A stretch of DNA of 63,470 bases, counting the filler, from Reticulomyxa filosa (Eukaryota; Protista; Foraminifera): assembly GCA_000512085.1 (NCBI GenBank). It is 22 parts of 22 records of this genome, joined end to end, with 100 filler letters (N's around TTAATTAATTAA, not from the genome) between each part and the next. Parts side by side here need not be neighbours in the genome. Positions count along the whole stretch, not along the records: positions 26,360 to 27,457 come from ASPP01013511.1; positions 27,558 to 29,961 come from ASPP01015853.1; positions 30,062 to 32,262 come from ASPP01008257.1; positions 32,363 to 33,552 come from ASPP01018574.1; positions 33,653 to 35,900 come from ASPP01033252.1; positions 36,001 to 42,064 come from ASPP01006787.1; 16 more parts are not named here. The stretch is one strand, 5' to 3'. Position 1 is the stretch's first letter, and each line of letters begins with the position of its first letter. The notes beneath the pieces are model-generated. The model did no database searches. It was not told the origin of the DNA and worked only from the letters and a program-made list of their open reading frames with translations. The translations under genes were made by a program, and so were the position numbers. Below are positions 26,806 to 38,315 of this stretch, one piece after another.

Positions 26806-27457
26806 TACCCTGCCCGATATCGATACCTTCGTACAGTTGCTGCGCGGTACGCATGGTGCGGTCGGTGGTCATGCCCAGCTTGCGCACGGCTTCCTGTTGC
26901 AGCGTCGAGGTGGTGAACGGCGCGGCAGGGCTGCGCGATTTCTTTTTCTTCTCGATGCTGGCGACGCTGGCGTCGTGGCCGGCCAGCAAGCCCAGGATGC
27001 GGCTTTGTTCCGCCTCGTTGGGGATGTCGAACTGCTCCAGCTTTTTGCCGGCAAACTGGGTCAGCTTGGCGCTGAACTTGGTGCGGCTCTTGTGGCTGTC
27101 CAGGTGGACGGTCCAGTACTCCTGCTCGACGAAGGCCTTGATCTCGTTTTCACGTTCGCAGATCAGGCGCAGCGCCGGGCTTTGTACGCGGCCGGCGGAC
27201 AGGCCGCGGCGGATCTTCTTCCACAGCAGCGGCGACAGATTGAAGCCCACCAGGTAGTCCAGCGCGCGGCGTGCCTGCTGCGCGTCTACCAGGTCTTGTG
27301 CGATGGCACGCGGGTTGGCAATGGCTTCCAGTACCGCGTTTTTGGTGATCTCGTGGAACACCACGCGCTGTGCGGTACGGTCCTTCAACAGCTTTTTCTT
27401 GTTGAGGATTTCCACCAGGTGCCAGGAAATGGCTTCGCCTTCGCGGTCCGGGTCAGT
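26360..27457 (-). CDS. topA: Bacterial DNA topoisomerase I, internal fragment (GC-rich contig)
   Basis: TDPDREGEAISWHL (Toprim), RRALDYLVG, SAGRVQSPAL, PFTTSTLQQEA, catalytic-Tyr motif ITYMRTDS, AQEAHEAIRPT. The VHLDSHK..KLEQFD segment resembles Neisseriales TopA. Confidence 0.97.
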
Positions 27458-27564
27458 NNNNNNNNNNNNNNNNNNNNNNNNNNNNNNNNNNNNNNNNNNN
27501 NTTAATTAATTAANNNNNNNNNNNNNNNNNNNNNNNNNNNNNNNNNNNNNNNNNNNNAAAATTT

Positions 27565-27599
<35 letters not shown>

Positions 27600-27603
<4 letters not shown>

Positions 27604-27886
27604 AGCCATCTTCGTGTACGCAATCACCAAAGAAGGTGTCAAAAAAGATGAACAATTGGCCAAAGCTGTCAAGCAGACAGTAAGAGAAAAATTGGGGGCT
27701 TTCTGTACTCCTGATTTTGTTCTGCTTGTGGACAATGTCCCAAAGACCAGGTCCGGAAAAATTATGCGTCGTATTTTGCGCAAAATTGCGTGCGAAGAAT
27801 ATGATAATTTAGGTGACATCACCACTTTAGGAAATTCAGAATGTGTTTCCCAACTTATTGATTTGAGAAAGCAACTCAAATCTTAA
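27600..27886 (+). CDS. ACS: Last exon of acetyl-CoA synthetase
   Basis: PKTRSGKIMRRILRKIA..LGDITTL C-terminal signature, after an A-rich acceptor. Confidence 0.9.
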
Positions 27887-28330
27887 AAAAGAAAACGGAT
27901 ATATGTTGGAAGAAATTGGAAAAGTTGATGTTTGTTTTAAACATAATTCTGGCTTGTTTAAAATCTCTGTCATAAATATCATTTTTTCCCTTGTTGAGTC
28001 TCTTCAAAACAATGATACGTGAGTTTTATTCAATTTCATCCCATTTTTTAATTACAACTACTTTAACAAGGTACTATCATTTTCTCTAACAATTTACTCA
28101 AAAAAATTCAACTTAAAATTGCACCACTAAGTTAAATACGAACAATATTTATGGTCATTTTTCATTTATATTTAAAGATTTTATTGGACTGCTCTAGTTT
28201 TGATGTGTGGATATTTTTCATTGGAATTGATTATTCGTTTTGATACGGCTTTTTTTGAAACTTGTTACATTTGATGAGAAAAATATGTTGGCAGCAAGTT
28301 TTTTGAATTGTCATTATATTTACATAATTT

Positions 28331-28363
28331 AGCTTTATCCAATTGTTACAATTGGATAAAGCT
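28331..28363. repeat. Perfect 16-bp inverted repeat with a 1-nt spacer
   Basis: agctttatccaattgt-t-acaattggataaagct. Confidence 0.9.
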
Positions 28364-29431
28364 TTTCTTTCTTGATATTGTACAATTACATGGTTCTCTT
28401 GTGACATTTAGGCGCATAAAAATAATATGAATTTAACACATTTTCGTTTATTCTTTATAGTTTTTGGTATATCTCGTTTGTTTTACAATAACTACAAATT
28501 ACTACAAATATTTTTATGAAATTACTATATTTCATAGTGTAATTACTCAGCAAACTAAACAACATGTTTTTTTAAAACTAGTTTGTAAGAATTATTGACG
28601 AAAATTTTTTTATAATGAAGAGTGCACATATTATGACAATTGTACTATTTTTGTTTCACTTTAGTATCATATTAAATAATGATTAAATACAATTACATTA
28701 TTTTAAATATTTAGTCATATTCTTAAGTTTCAAATTAACATATATGAGTCTACAAAAATTAATACGTACATCACTTTTTAAAATTTCCTTTTTAAAAATG
28801 TAATTCATATTTGCATTGAAAAACTTATGTTTATTTGGATTAAACGCTTGTCACAAGTACTTTTGAGATTTTTCTTACAACACATTAACAATTTCGACTT
28901 ATTAGTCCACTCAGCATAATTTTTGCTATGAAAGTTGCATTCTTTGTCCAGCTTTTTTCAAAAGTTAATGTGTACCACTACAATACGTACACTCAGTACG
29001 CATACTTATTACAACTACTGTGATAGAAATTATTTTGGGAGTAGTTTTTTAGACGAAAAACAAGTTTTGCTATAAAACTGACTAAAAGCAACAACTGACA
29101 AATAAACAAAATCAAATGGCGTCAAAAAACGTGCACACGATATCCAAAATATAAATGTGTTCACCCATGACCTTGAAAAACGGTTTACAACATTTACTTT
29201 GAATGAGTTATTCCAATACTCCTGGTTTTAACAAAGGCCCTAACACAAAATATTTTTAGCTGAACAAAACAACAAAAAAGATATCTCAAAATTATTGTCC
29301 GCGAACAAAACTTTAACGGGTTGAGCCCAAAGCAAAAATTACAAAAAAAAAAAACGAAAGTGACGAACCTGTTTGTAAATTTTTTTTTTTTTTTTTTGGT
29401 AAGGTATTTGTACAGCAAAATGTTTATTACA

Positions 29432-29907
29432 TTACGTCATAACACCAACTTTTCTCAAATTGGAACGAATGACCATTTTTTGAACATGCCAAAATGCGAG
29501 CTTGACGTTGTTAACATCAGTCGCGCAAGTGACATGCGCGAAAAGAGAACGACCAGGGACCGCGTTTCTGACTTCGAACAATCGGGTAATAAAACTAACA
29601 GCTTGTTCATAGCATGATTCAAAGTGGATTTTGTCTGCTTCTTTATTGTCATCAATGTATTTATAATTTTCTCCTTCCCATTGCTCTTCTTCCCTATGAA
29701 TTTGTGTGTTATTACAATCACAACTTTTTATTACAATTAAATGATGAGAAAAAAAAAAAAGAAATCACATTAAACAACAAGGAAAATGCAAAGCAAATGC
29801 ATACCATCCAGCAGCCGCAGTGAAGCACACACTCAAAGGGGTAACTCGCAACTGCTCTTCAAATAAATCTCTTTTGTTCAAAAAAAGGATTAGTTCTGTG
29901 GTTTTCA
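29432..29907 (-). CDS. 3' exons of a heterotrimeric G-protein alpha subunit (not in the ORF track)
   Basis: Exon about 29907-29805: KTTELILFLNKRDLFEEQLRVTPLSVCF (G4 NKxD motif). GT..AG intron 29804-29694. Exon 29693-29432: ..CYEQAVSFITRLFEVRN..LFAHVTCATDVNNVKLAFWHVQKMVIRSNLRKVGVMT* (G5 TCAT motif and C-terminal helix). Confidence 0.92.
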
Positions 29908-30193
29908 TTTTTCAAATTCAAAGACTTTTTTTTAAATTCTTAACTTTGAGAAACTCACTTTNNNNNNNNNNNNNNNNNNNNNNNNNNNNNNNNNNNNNNN
30001 NNNNNTTAATTAATTAANNNNNNNNNNNNNNNNNNNNNNNNNNNNNNNNNNNNNNNNNNNNTTTTTTTTTTTTTTTTTTTTTTTTTTTCCTCTCACAAAA
30101 TCTTTGAAAATTGATATATACAAATATGAATGTATATACATATGACGCATGTATATATGATGCATGTATATACGTATACGTCCACAACATATG

Positions 30194-32262
30194 AGAAAGG
30201 AACAAACGAGAAGAAATACCGAGCAGCAACGTCGCCGCGAGTAATCGCAAGATGTCGTTTACAAACGAAGCAGCACAGCGATTTGCCTCTCAGGTAAATC
30301 GCAAGCTGAGCGCGGCGCGACAAACGCCGACGCTGAGCGGACTGAGCGGCCCGGCAAACGGCGGGAAGCTGAAAATGGAGACATTGGAGGAGCTAAGCGA
30401 CAATAGCAAAGCAGTGGAGAACGCAAAGGAGACATTGGACATTGAGCACAGTGAAGAGATTACACTGTTGGACACGCCGTCGCCCAAGTCGTCGAAGCAC
30501 AGGCCTAAGGCGAGTTATAGCAATCACACGAAGAGCAACAGTCTGAGTCACAGTGGCAAGAAAAGCCAACAGTACCCACCGTACGAAGAGGAGCATGGAC
30601 ATCATGATCATGATCATGATCATGATCACGACCACGACACGACCACGATCACGACCACGATCATGATCACGACCACGATCACGATCACGACCGCGACCAC
30701 GACCACCACGACCACAACCACGACCACGACCACGATCGCGAAGACGACGAGATGGCAGTGGTGGTGGACGATGACGATGACGAGGATCTACGCATTGCCT
30801 CTACCGTCACCGTCGTCGCCGCTGCTACTGCTGCTGCTGCTTCTTCTTCCTCTCCTTCTTCCATCGACAAGATCAAACAAACAAATACACATAAAAAATC
30901 TCGCAAGCCTGACCAACACCTTCAAAAACATTCCCGAGGACATAGTGCTGAACAAAGAGATTCCGATGAAAACCTACCTCCAGTTGCCAAAGTCGAATTT
31001 GTTCGAAGGCATCGAAGTTCTCAAAATCATAGATCTCATTACGACGTACCATTGCGGTATTAACAAATTATATACATATGTACATACATTTTTATATATA
31101 CGTATACCTTTTTTTTTAATTTGTGCATGTTTTTTTAAAGGATATTACATATACATATATATATATATGCTATGTGATGATGTATAACAAAGGTCATTAT
31201 ATAAATCCGCTCCAACGTCTCCCGAACCAGGCATGTCGAGTCCGATGGAATTGGCCGACCACTTGCTGTATAACGGGTCTGCGCTGAACTTTTCATTGGG
31301 CAGAGACGATGGGAGGTATTCGAACCCGGTGAGCGTGAGTGCAGTGGGACACCACACGATTGCATTGAAAGAAGGGGGCAGCAAATCCAACCCGACATGG
31401 AATATCGGTGGGAAGACAGTTCCGTCATTGAGCGTTGGAAGCAGTGGCAATGGCAATGGCAATGGCAATGGCAATGGTGGCGGAGATATGCATCCGCATT
31501 CGAACCCTCACCCTTACTCTCACCCTCACTCCCACCCTTATCCTTATCCCTATCCTACGTCAGCCGTCACCACCATGACGACCACTTTGTCGTCGAAAAA
31601 GTCGGAAGAGCTGAAGAAAAAGAAGGAGTTCTCTGTCGACGAAGCAGAGGAGAAATCCGCGACAGTCTTGCCCAAAAATGTGTTGAAAAAGCTAGAGTTG
31701 GCCAATCCTCGAGAACATTATGGTATTACCAGTGTCAACGCTAATGTTAATGCTAATATTAATGCGAATGTTAATGCTAATGTTAATGCTAATGTTAATA
31801 CCAACACCAATGCCAATATCAATATCAATATCAATACCAATACCAATACCAATGCCAATATCAATACCAATACCAATACCAATGCCAATACTAACACTAC
31901 ATATCCTTTAATTGACAACACCAGTCCCGAATTTGGGGCCTTGGATGTCCCCCAAGCCCCGATCTTCTCTCAACCCTCCATCACGCAACGCGCGACGGTT
32001 GGATACGAAGAGGAAAAGGTCGAGTTGGACAACGAGAGCAATCCAGCCAGCGATTTGGAGAGACCCGACTACGACGAAACCGACCCCGCCAATAATGAAA
32101 CCCAAGAGTATCTGCACGAAATCAAAAACGAACTCGCCACTTTGCTTGTGGGCGGAGAGCGCTATCGAGAGGAGGTCGATGTTGTCATCGACGAAGACAT
32201 TGGGCAAGTCCAGCAAGAAGAAGAAGAAGAGGAGCAAAAGTCGTCCAGACCTACTCAACAGG
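30194..32262 (+). CDS. Internal part of a large low-complexity protein with a (His-Asp)n tract and (NX)n repeats
   Basis: ORF 30252- joins 30752-31063 through a 1-nt shift within the CACGAC/CATGAT repeat near 30637. Intron about 31057-31192, then ORF 31233- runs to the contig end. Confidence 0.6.
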
Positions 32263-32362
32263 NNNNNNNNNNNNNNNNNNNNNNNNNNNNNNNNNNNNNN
32301 NNNNNNTTAATTAATTAANNNNNNNNNNNNNNNNNNNNNNNNNNNNNNNNNNNNNNNNNNNN

Positions 32363-33434
32363 AAGGACATGGCCATGCAGTTTCTGGGCAACCTGTTCGA
32401 GTACGTGCTGGCCAAGAAGGGCGAACAGCTGAACATCGTGGGCGCCACCTCCGGCGATACCGGCTCGGCGGCCGAGTACGCGATGCGTGGCAAGCAGGGC
32501 ATCAACGGTTCATGCTGAGTCCGGACGGCCTGATGAGCCCGTTCCAGCGGGCGCAGATGTACAGCCTGCAGGACGCCAACATCCACAATATCGCCATCAA
32601 GGGCATGTTCGACGATTGCCAGGATATCGTGAAGGCGGTGCAGAACGACCACGCCTTCAAAAGCCAGTACAAGATCGGCACCGTCAACTCCATCAACTGG
32701 GCGCGTGTGGTGGCGCAGGTGGTGTACTACTTCAAGGGCTACTTCAATGCCACCAGTAGCAACGACGAGCAGGTCAGCTTCTGCGTGCCGTCCGGCAACT
32801 TCGGCAACGTCTGCGCCGGCCACATCGCCCGCCAGATGGGTCTGCCGGTGCAACGCCTGATCGTGGCCACCAACGAGAACGACGTGCTGGACGAGTTCTT
32901 CAAGACCGGCCGCTACCAGCCGCGTGGCACCGCTAATACCTGGGTAACGTCCAGCCCGTCGATGGACATCTCCAAGGCGTCCAACTTCGAGCGTTTCGTG
33001 TTCGACCTGCTGGGCCGTGATGGCGCTGCCGTGGCCGCGCTGTGGGCCGAAGTGGACGCCGGCCGCGGTTTCGACCTGGGCGACAAGCTGGCGCAGATCC
33101 GCGAGCAGTTCGGTTTTGTGTCCGGCAAGAGCAGCCACGCCGACCGCCTGGCTACCATCCGCACCGTGGACGCCGAAGACCAGGTGGTGGTGGACACCCC
33201 GACACCAGCCGACGGCATCAAGGTGGCGCGCGAAGTGCGCCTGCCGGGTGAAACCATCGTCTGCCTGGAAACCGCGCTGCCGGCCAAGTTGCCGACACCA
33301 TCCGCGAGGCGCTGACCGCGACGCACCGCGTCCGGCCGGCTTCGAGGGGCCTGGAAGACCTGCCGCAAAAGGTAACGGTGTTCGACGCCGACGCCGACGC
33401 GGTGAAAGCCTACGTGCGCCAGGCCTTGGCTTGA
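32363..33434 (+). CDS. thrC: Bacterial threonine synthase, 5'-truncated, with several indel errors (GC-rich contig)
   Basis: KDMAMQFLGNLFEY (PLP-Lys region), GATSGDTGSAAEYA, GTVNSINWARV, VPSGNFGN, ATNENDVL, SPSMDISKASNFER, LETALPAK; ends AYVRQALA* at 33434. Confidence 0.96.
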
Positions 33435-33457
33435 GGCGATAACCGTCTTGCATGACG

Positions 33458-33491
33458 AACAAGGCCCGCCATCTGGCGGGCCTTGTTGTTT
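33458..33491 (+). terminator. Rho-independent terminator after thrC
   Basis: aacaaggcccgcca-tc-tggcgggccttgtt GC-rich hairpin followed by a T-rich tail, about 25 nt after the stop codon. Confidence 0.85.
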
Positions 33492-36026
33492 GCGGCCAAC
33501 CCGGGGCGCTGACGGCGGCAAGGTTGGCCGCAAGCTGTGGGCCGGCAACAAANNNNNNNNNNNNNNNNNNNNNNNNNNNNNNNNNNNNNNNNNNNNTTAA
33601 TTAATTAANNNNNNNNNNNNNNNNNNNNNNNNNNNNNNNNNNNNNNNNNNNNCAATAGTAAAATAATGCATTTCAATATCACACATATTAAAAAAAAAAA
33701 TACAATAGACAAAAATAGTGCTGGACGTACCAACACAACACAATGTCCATCTACGGAGCCACTAGCACTGTTTGGAAAAGTGGCGTTGACATATGGGATC
33801 ATTCAGTGTGGAATATTGGCGTGTTGTCCCCCACAATGGCTCGCAAGTGGCGGAGGACACAGGCGGATAAATCACAACAGTGATTACACCTTGTGTACTA
33901 CGCAAACGATCGAGCCAAAGGAAATGTCGGCCGATAAATATAACTAAGGTACAAATGATTATTTTTTTTATTTTTCGAACATGTCATCAATTATTATAAA
34001 ACGTATAATTAAATAAATAAATGTACATAATCTTTTTTTTGATCCACAAGAACAGTTTGGCATTAAAGTGTTTATATATACTTTATGTGATGCATATTTT
34101 TTGAAAAAAAAAATAGGCAAATGACAACGACGACGCAAAGGTGTAATTGGTGCCGAAATATCAAAGCTAATGTAAAAGTTGTTTTATTTATTTTGTATTT
34201 ACATACATAGTCAATTGTTTGTGTGTTTTGAAGACAGGCACAACTGGTGATGAAAAAAAAAAATAAGGGGTGAAATCCAACCCCGTCTCCGAAAGGAGTG
34301 AAAACGGTTTGTGTTATCTTTTTTTTAAAAAAATTATATCAACATATTGTGTGCATTGTAACACAGGAGTCCCCCTCCAAAGTCAAAATCGTTAATTTAT
34401 TTCCCTGTCCCCTCAACACATACAAAATAAATAAATGGGGTAGAAAGCCAACCCCGTATACATAAAAATAATGAAAGGTTTGTTTTATTTAATATATGTA
34501 TACATTTCTTTTATTAAATAATGTGATTTTATTTGTGTTTTGTGAACATAGGAATTCCCCCTATCAAGAGATACAAATATATTATTTTTTGTTTGTTTGT
34601 TTGTTTCCCCCCTCCCCCCTCATCAATAAACAAAATAAATTTATTTTTTTTAGTGTTTGCACCACAGGAAAGAAATATGGAATTGGATTTTGGACTCCAA
34701 GTACAAAAGGTAATTGTATTTTCTTACGTTATTTTTAAAATATAAAAAATACTTTTTTGTGTGTGTTTGCATAGATCGAAGAGCAACAAGAGAAAATCAA
34801 GGATGTTTTTGAATAAATTGTAGAAAGGGGAAGGGGAAAAAAAGGGATAATAAATTGGGAAAAAAAAGAGCATAAGAGGAGAAAAAAATAGATATAAATG
34901 GGGGGAGAAAATATATAATAAAGGGAATTGAAAAAAGAAAAAAGAAAAAAAAAGATTTTTATAGTTGTTAGGAAGAAAAAATAAATATAAAATAAAAAAG
35001 ATAATAATAATTGGGGAAAAAAAAAGAATTGATAAAAAGAAAAAAAGAAAGAATATTAAAAAAAGAAAAAAAAAATGAAATAACTTATTATTTTTTTTAA
35101 GGTGGAGCTATGACTCCAAGAATTATTTATGTCCAGTGGACATAGTTAAGTACACCTACAAATATATATCTTTTTTTTTGTTTGACTTGTTTAAAATAAA
35201 AAAATATACAGCGTAGAACAACGCAGGCAAAGACAGCGAGTTCCAGTAACAAAAAAAAATTACATACTATTCAACATTATACTTACTTTACATACTGTAC
35301 TTTGTGTTTCCATATTTTTTTTGCAACACTAAAATAAGAATTTTATTTTATATAGACTGCAAGTGAAAGGATATACGTGGCTGTGGATATGTGATAGCGT
35401 GATTAAATGGTGAATACTGAGTGTGAAATGACAAAGATCCTCAGTGACAAGAGAGTGGAACGCATCGAACTGAAGCAGCGAGTAATAAAAATGAAGACAT
35501 TGCGAAGTGAAGTCGGAACGGTCCATGTATATCTGGACAATAATTCCGATATTATGATGCATGGTACACGACATCGTAATTATCAATTGTAGCAGTCTCA
35601 GGTATGGTAGTGTGTGTTATTCTTTATCAACACTTATATTGAATTTGCTCTGTGAATATACCAAATGATGTGATTGCACACAGTATTGATATTTTGATCA
35701 GTATTATCCATTGGATGGAGGGTGGTGCAATTATTCCACTGCGGGCATGAAACAATGGGATTGAATATATATGTATATATTACAGTAGTCAAAGTCTTGG
35801 AGTCGGTGTAATCCTTCGCATGTGGAACCATTGTTTATCGAAGAAATTGGCTACAGCAAGTTCCTGTTTGAATTTGAGATCACGTTATGATGCACCTTTT
35901 NNNNNNNNNNNNNNNNNNNNNNNNNNNNNNNNNNNNNNNNNNNNTTAATTAATTAANNNNNNNNNNNNNNNNNNNNNNNNNNNNNNNNNNNNNNNNNNNN
36001 CCCCCTTTTTTTTTTTTGAGGTTGTG

Positions 36027-36400
36027 GTTCACCTTTGTATGAGCCCTTCCATATCGCTCATCAGCTTAGGCACATTTTTTAAAGTCTCTCGATTTTTTGG
36101 ATTCGATGCCAAAAATTGTAATGTTTGTAATGCTATGATACATGTTTCACTATCCGTTGCCGTTGTCAACACCTCTGCCAATGTTTTCAAACACTCCTTG
36201 TTTTCCATTAGTGCTCCTTGGTGTTTTGGGTCTTTTGCAAACTGTCGTAATTGCATTACCAACTCCTTCTGGCTTATCGACGCTGTCACTCGATCTGGTG
36301 GGGACATTGGCCCAAAACTTGTCAGTGATTGGTCATGAGGGGTATTGAGACCTGCTTGTACTTTTTCTTCTTCTTCTTCGTTGCCTATGGATCCTTTCAT
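36027..36400 (-). CDS. ARMC1: ARMC1-like armadillo protein, first exon (3'-truncated)
   Basis: LVMQLRQFAKDPKHQGALMENKECLKTLAEVL..ALQTLQFLASNPKNRETLK resembles the N-terminus of ARMC1 (VVNQLRDLAADPLNR..GCLPGL..ALRYLAE..NREKMK). Confidence 0.65.
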
Positions 36401-36947
36401 TTGCTCCAGATTTTTTATTCCATGTTCTTCCCTTTTTGTGCCAAAAAACTTGTTTTTTAAAACTCGTAAAACAACAAATAAGTGTCAGTTTTCTTCTCAT
36501 TGGAAAAAATTGATTTTTTTTTTTGCAAGGCTATGCAATTTTAATAGTAAAACTTACTATTTTACTTTAAGAACAAGAAATCAATTTGGTCTAAGCATTG
36601 TGAAAAAAATTTTCAATATACTTTCAAGTTGACTTATAATTTAATATCCATTATGGCAGAAAAGCACTTGCCCTGTGTATGAGACAAACAAAATATTTTT
36701 ACTTGCGTGTTTACTGTTGTAAATCATTCAAAGTGATTTGTTTTTGTGTCATTCCAATTGGCTTTATTGGTGTAGCACACATGAAGTTATTTTGTTGATT
36801 TGTAGTCAAGTTGAATAAAACGGTAACAAGTTATTATTCAAATAGTATAAAAATACAAACGTAACAAATCAAGAAAAAATGCGGGTGGGATTTTTTTTTT
36901 AGACAAGTTGAAAGACTGTGCTAATTTAAAGAAAAAAAAAGGGAAAC

Positions 36948-37581
36948 ATGTTACATTTTTGCCTAGCTTCTTTAGCGCTTGTAGGTGCGTTGGGTGGTAA
37001 AGTATCAGCGGAAAAACCTCCATATTTGTTAGTGGCAGGGGATTCCTGGGGTGCATATGGTGGAACTCCTTTGCAGGAGGTGTTGACACAACACGGTTCC
37101 AACCTGACAGTGAAAAACTATGCAATTGGAGGTTTGCAAAAAGTTTGAGTTTGTGTTGAAGCCCCTTTAGTTCTATCCAACCATAAAAAGAGTGATGATG
37201 ATGGGGGGAAAAAAAAAAAAAAAAAGGGACAACGACAACGTTCTGGGCACGTGATCCAAACATCTTGAGCCAATTGGTAGACGACAACCCAGGAACAGAA
37301 TACATTTGGCTGTCGTTGGGAGGAAATGATGTATTGGATTATATGCCCACTTGTACACTGGACTATCCAGTGGACCAATGCATCAACATGCTCTTGCCTG
37401 AGGTGATTGCGAACACACGAAAAATATTGGACCCATTGTTTTTGAATCACCCCGAAGTGCAAGTGATACAATTTGGTTATGACATAATCAACTTTGCAAA
37501 GAATGCACTTTGTAAACTCATCGGATTTGACGAAGTTCGCGCATGTTTTGACCGACCTGAATGTATGATGTCCCCTCCCCC

Positions 37582-37612
<31 letters not shown>

Positions 37613-37950
37613 TGTATGTACACTTCAATTGGAACCAAAAAATAATAAAAATAAAAATAAATACTTATATAAATAAATAAATAAATAAAGGCTTGAATCC
37701 ACAAATGGTGAAAATCCAATATTTATATGTCGACAACATGACAAGCTATTATCCTGAGTCGCAATACTTTGCTGCAAACATGTTGGGATCCTTACAAGCT
37801 TCTGAAGACATCCCTGGCTCTTCTTTGGAACACCCCAATTTAGACTATTGGTCTCCTGCTGATTTGATCATGGACAACTGCATTCATCCTACCATCGATG
37901 GCGGCTTTCCGGTCATCTTTAACAATTTGTGGGATCAAGTCTTTGCTTAG
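36948..37950 (+). CDS. Secreted SGNH/GDSL-family hydrolase, 3 exons
   Basis: Signal peptide; block I GDSW, block II AIGG, block III LGGND, block V DNCIHP. Introns 37132-37226 and 37563-37690 splice in frame. Confidence 0.88.
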
Positions 37951-38315
37951 ACTGGCCCCTTTTTTTTTTTTAGTTGGTTTTTTTATTGCATTTGACTGTG
38001 CGTTGTTTGTAGCCTTTGTGTAATCATACTCCGTTGAAACGTGGTGAAAATAAAAGTCAACTAACTACTAACTATGACCATTGCTGTTGCGATTTACCGC
38101 ACAAAATAATTTCCTCTTTCTCTGGACACATTATTCTGCATTTTTTTATTGATAGAAAGTATTGTTTCTTTTTTGGTTTTGTTTCAAAAACAATGAGATT
38201 TTCAAAAATCATCACATACTGGTACTATAATTTATTTTTTTTCCCCTCTCTTTCGTGAAAGGGACCTCCCCTTTTCTCTAAATAGAACAAAATAATAATA
38301 ACAATAATAATCGGA

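Noticed and set aside
26489-27505. 338-aa plus-strand ORF (also 32311-33462 and 32913-33551 on the minus strand)
   Set aside because: These are antisense shadows of GC-rich topA and thrC.
14607-29907. Apparent signalling cluster (RasGEF, SAM, two 7TM proteins, G-alpha)
   Set aside because: Apart from the SAM gene and the first 7TM gene, they lie on separate, arbitrarily concatenated contigs, so there is no evidence of linkage.
26360-33552. topA and thrC as horizontally transferred genes in the host
   Set aside because: Each fills its own GC-rich contig with no host flank, no introns and no amelioration, and thrC keeps a bacterial terminator. Contamination is the simpler explanation.
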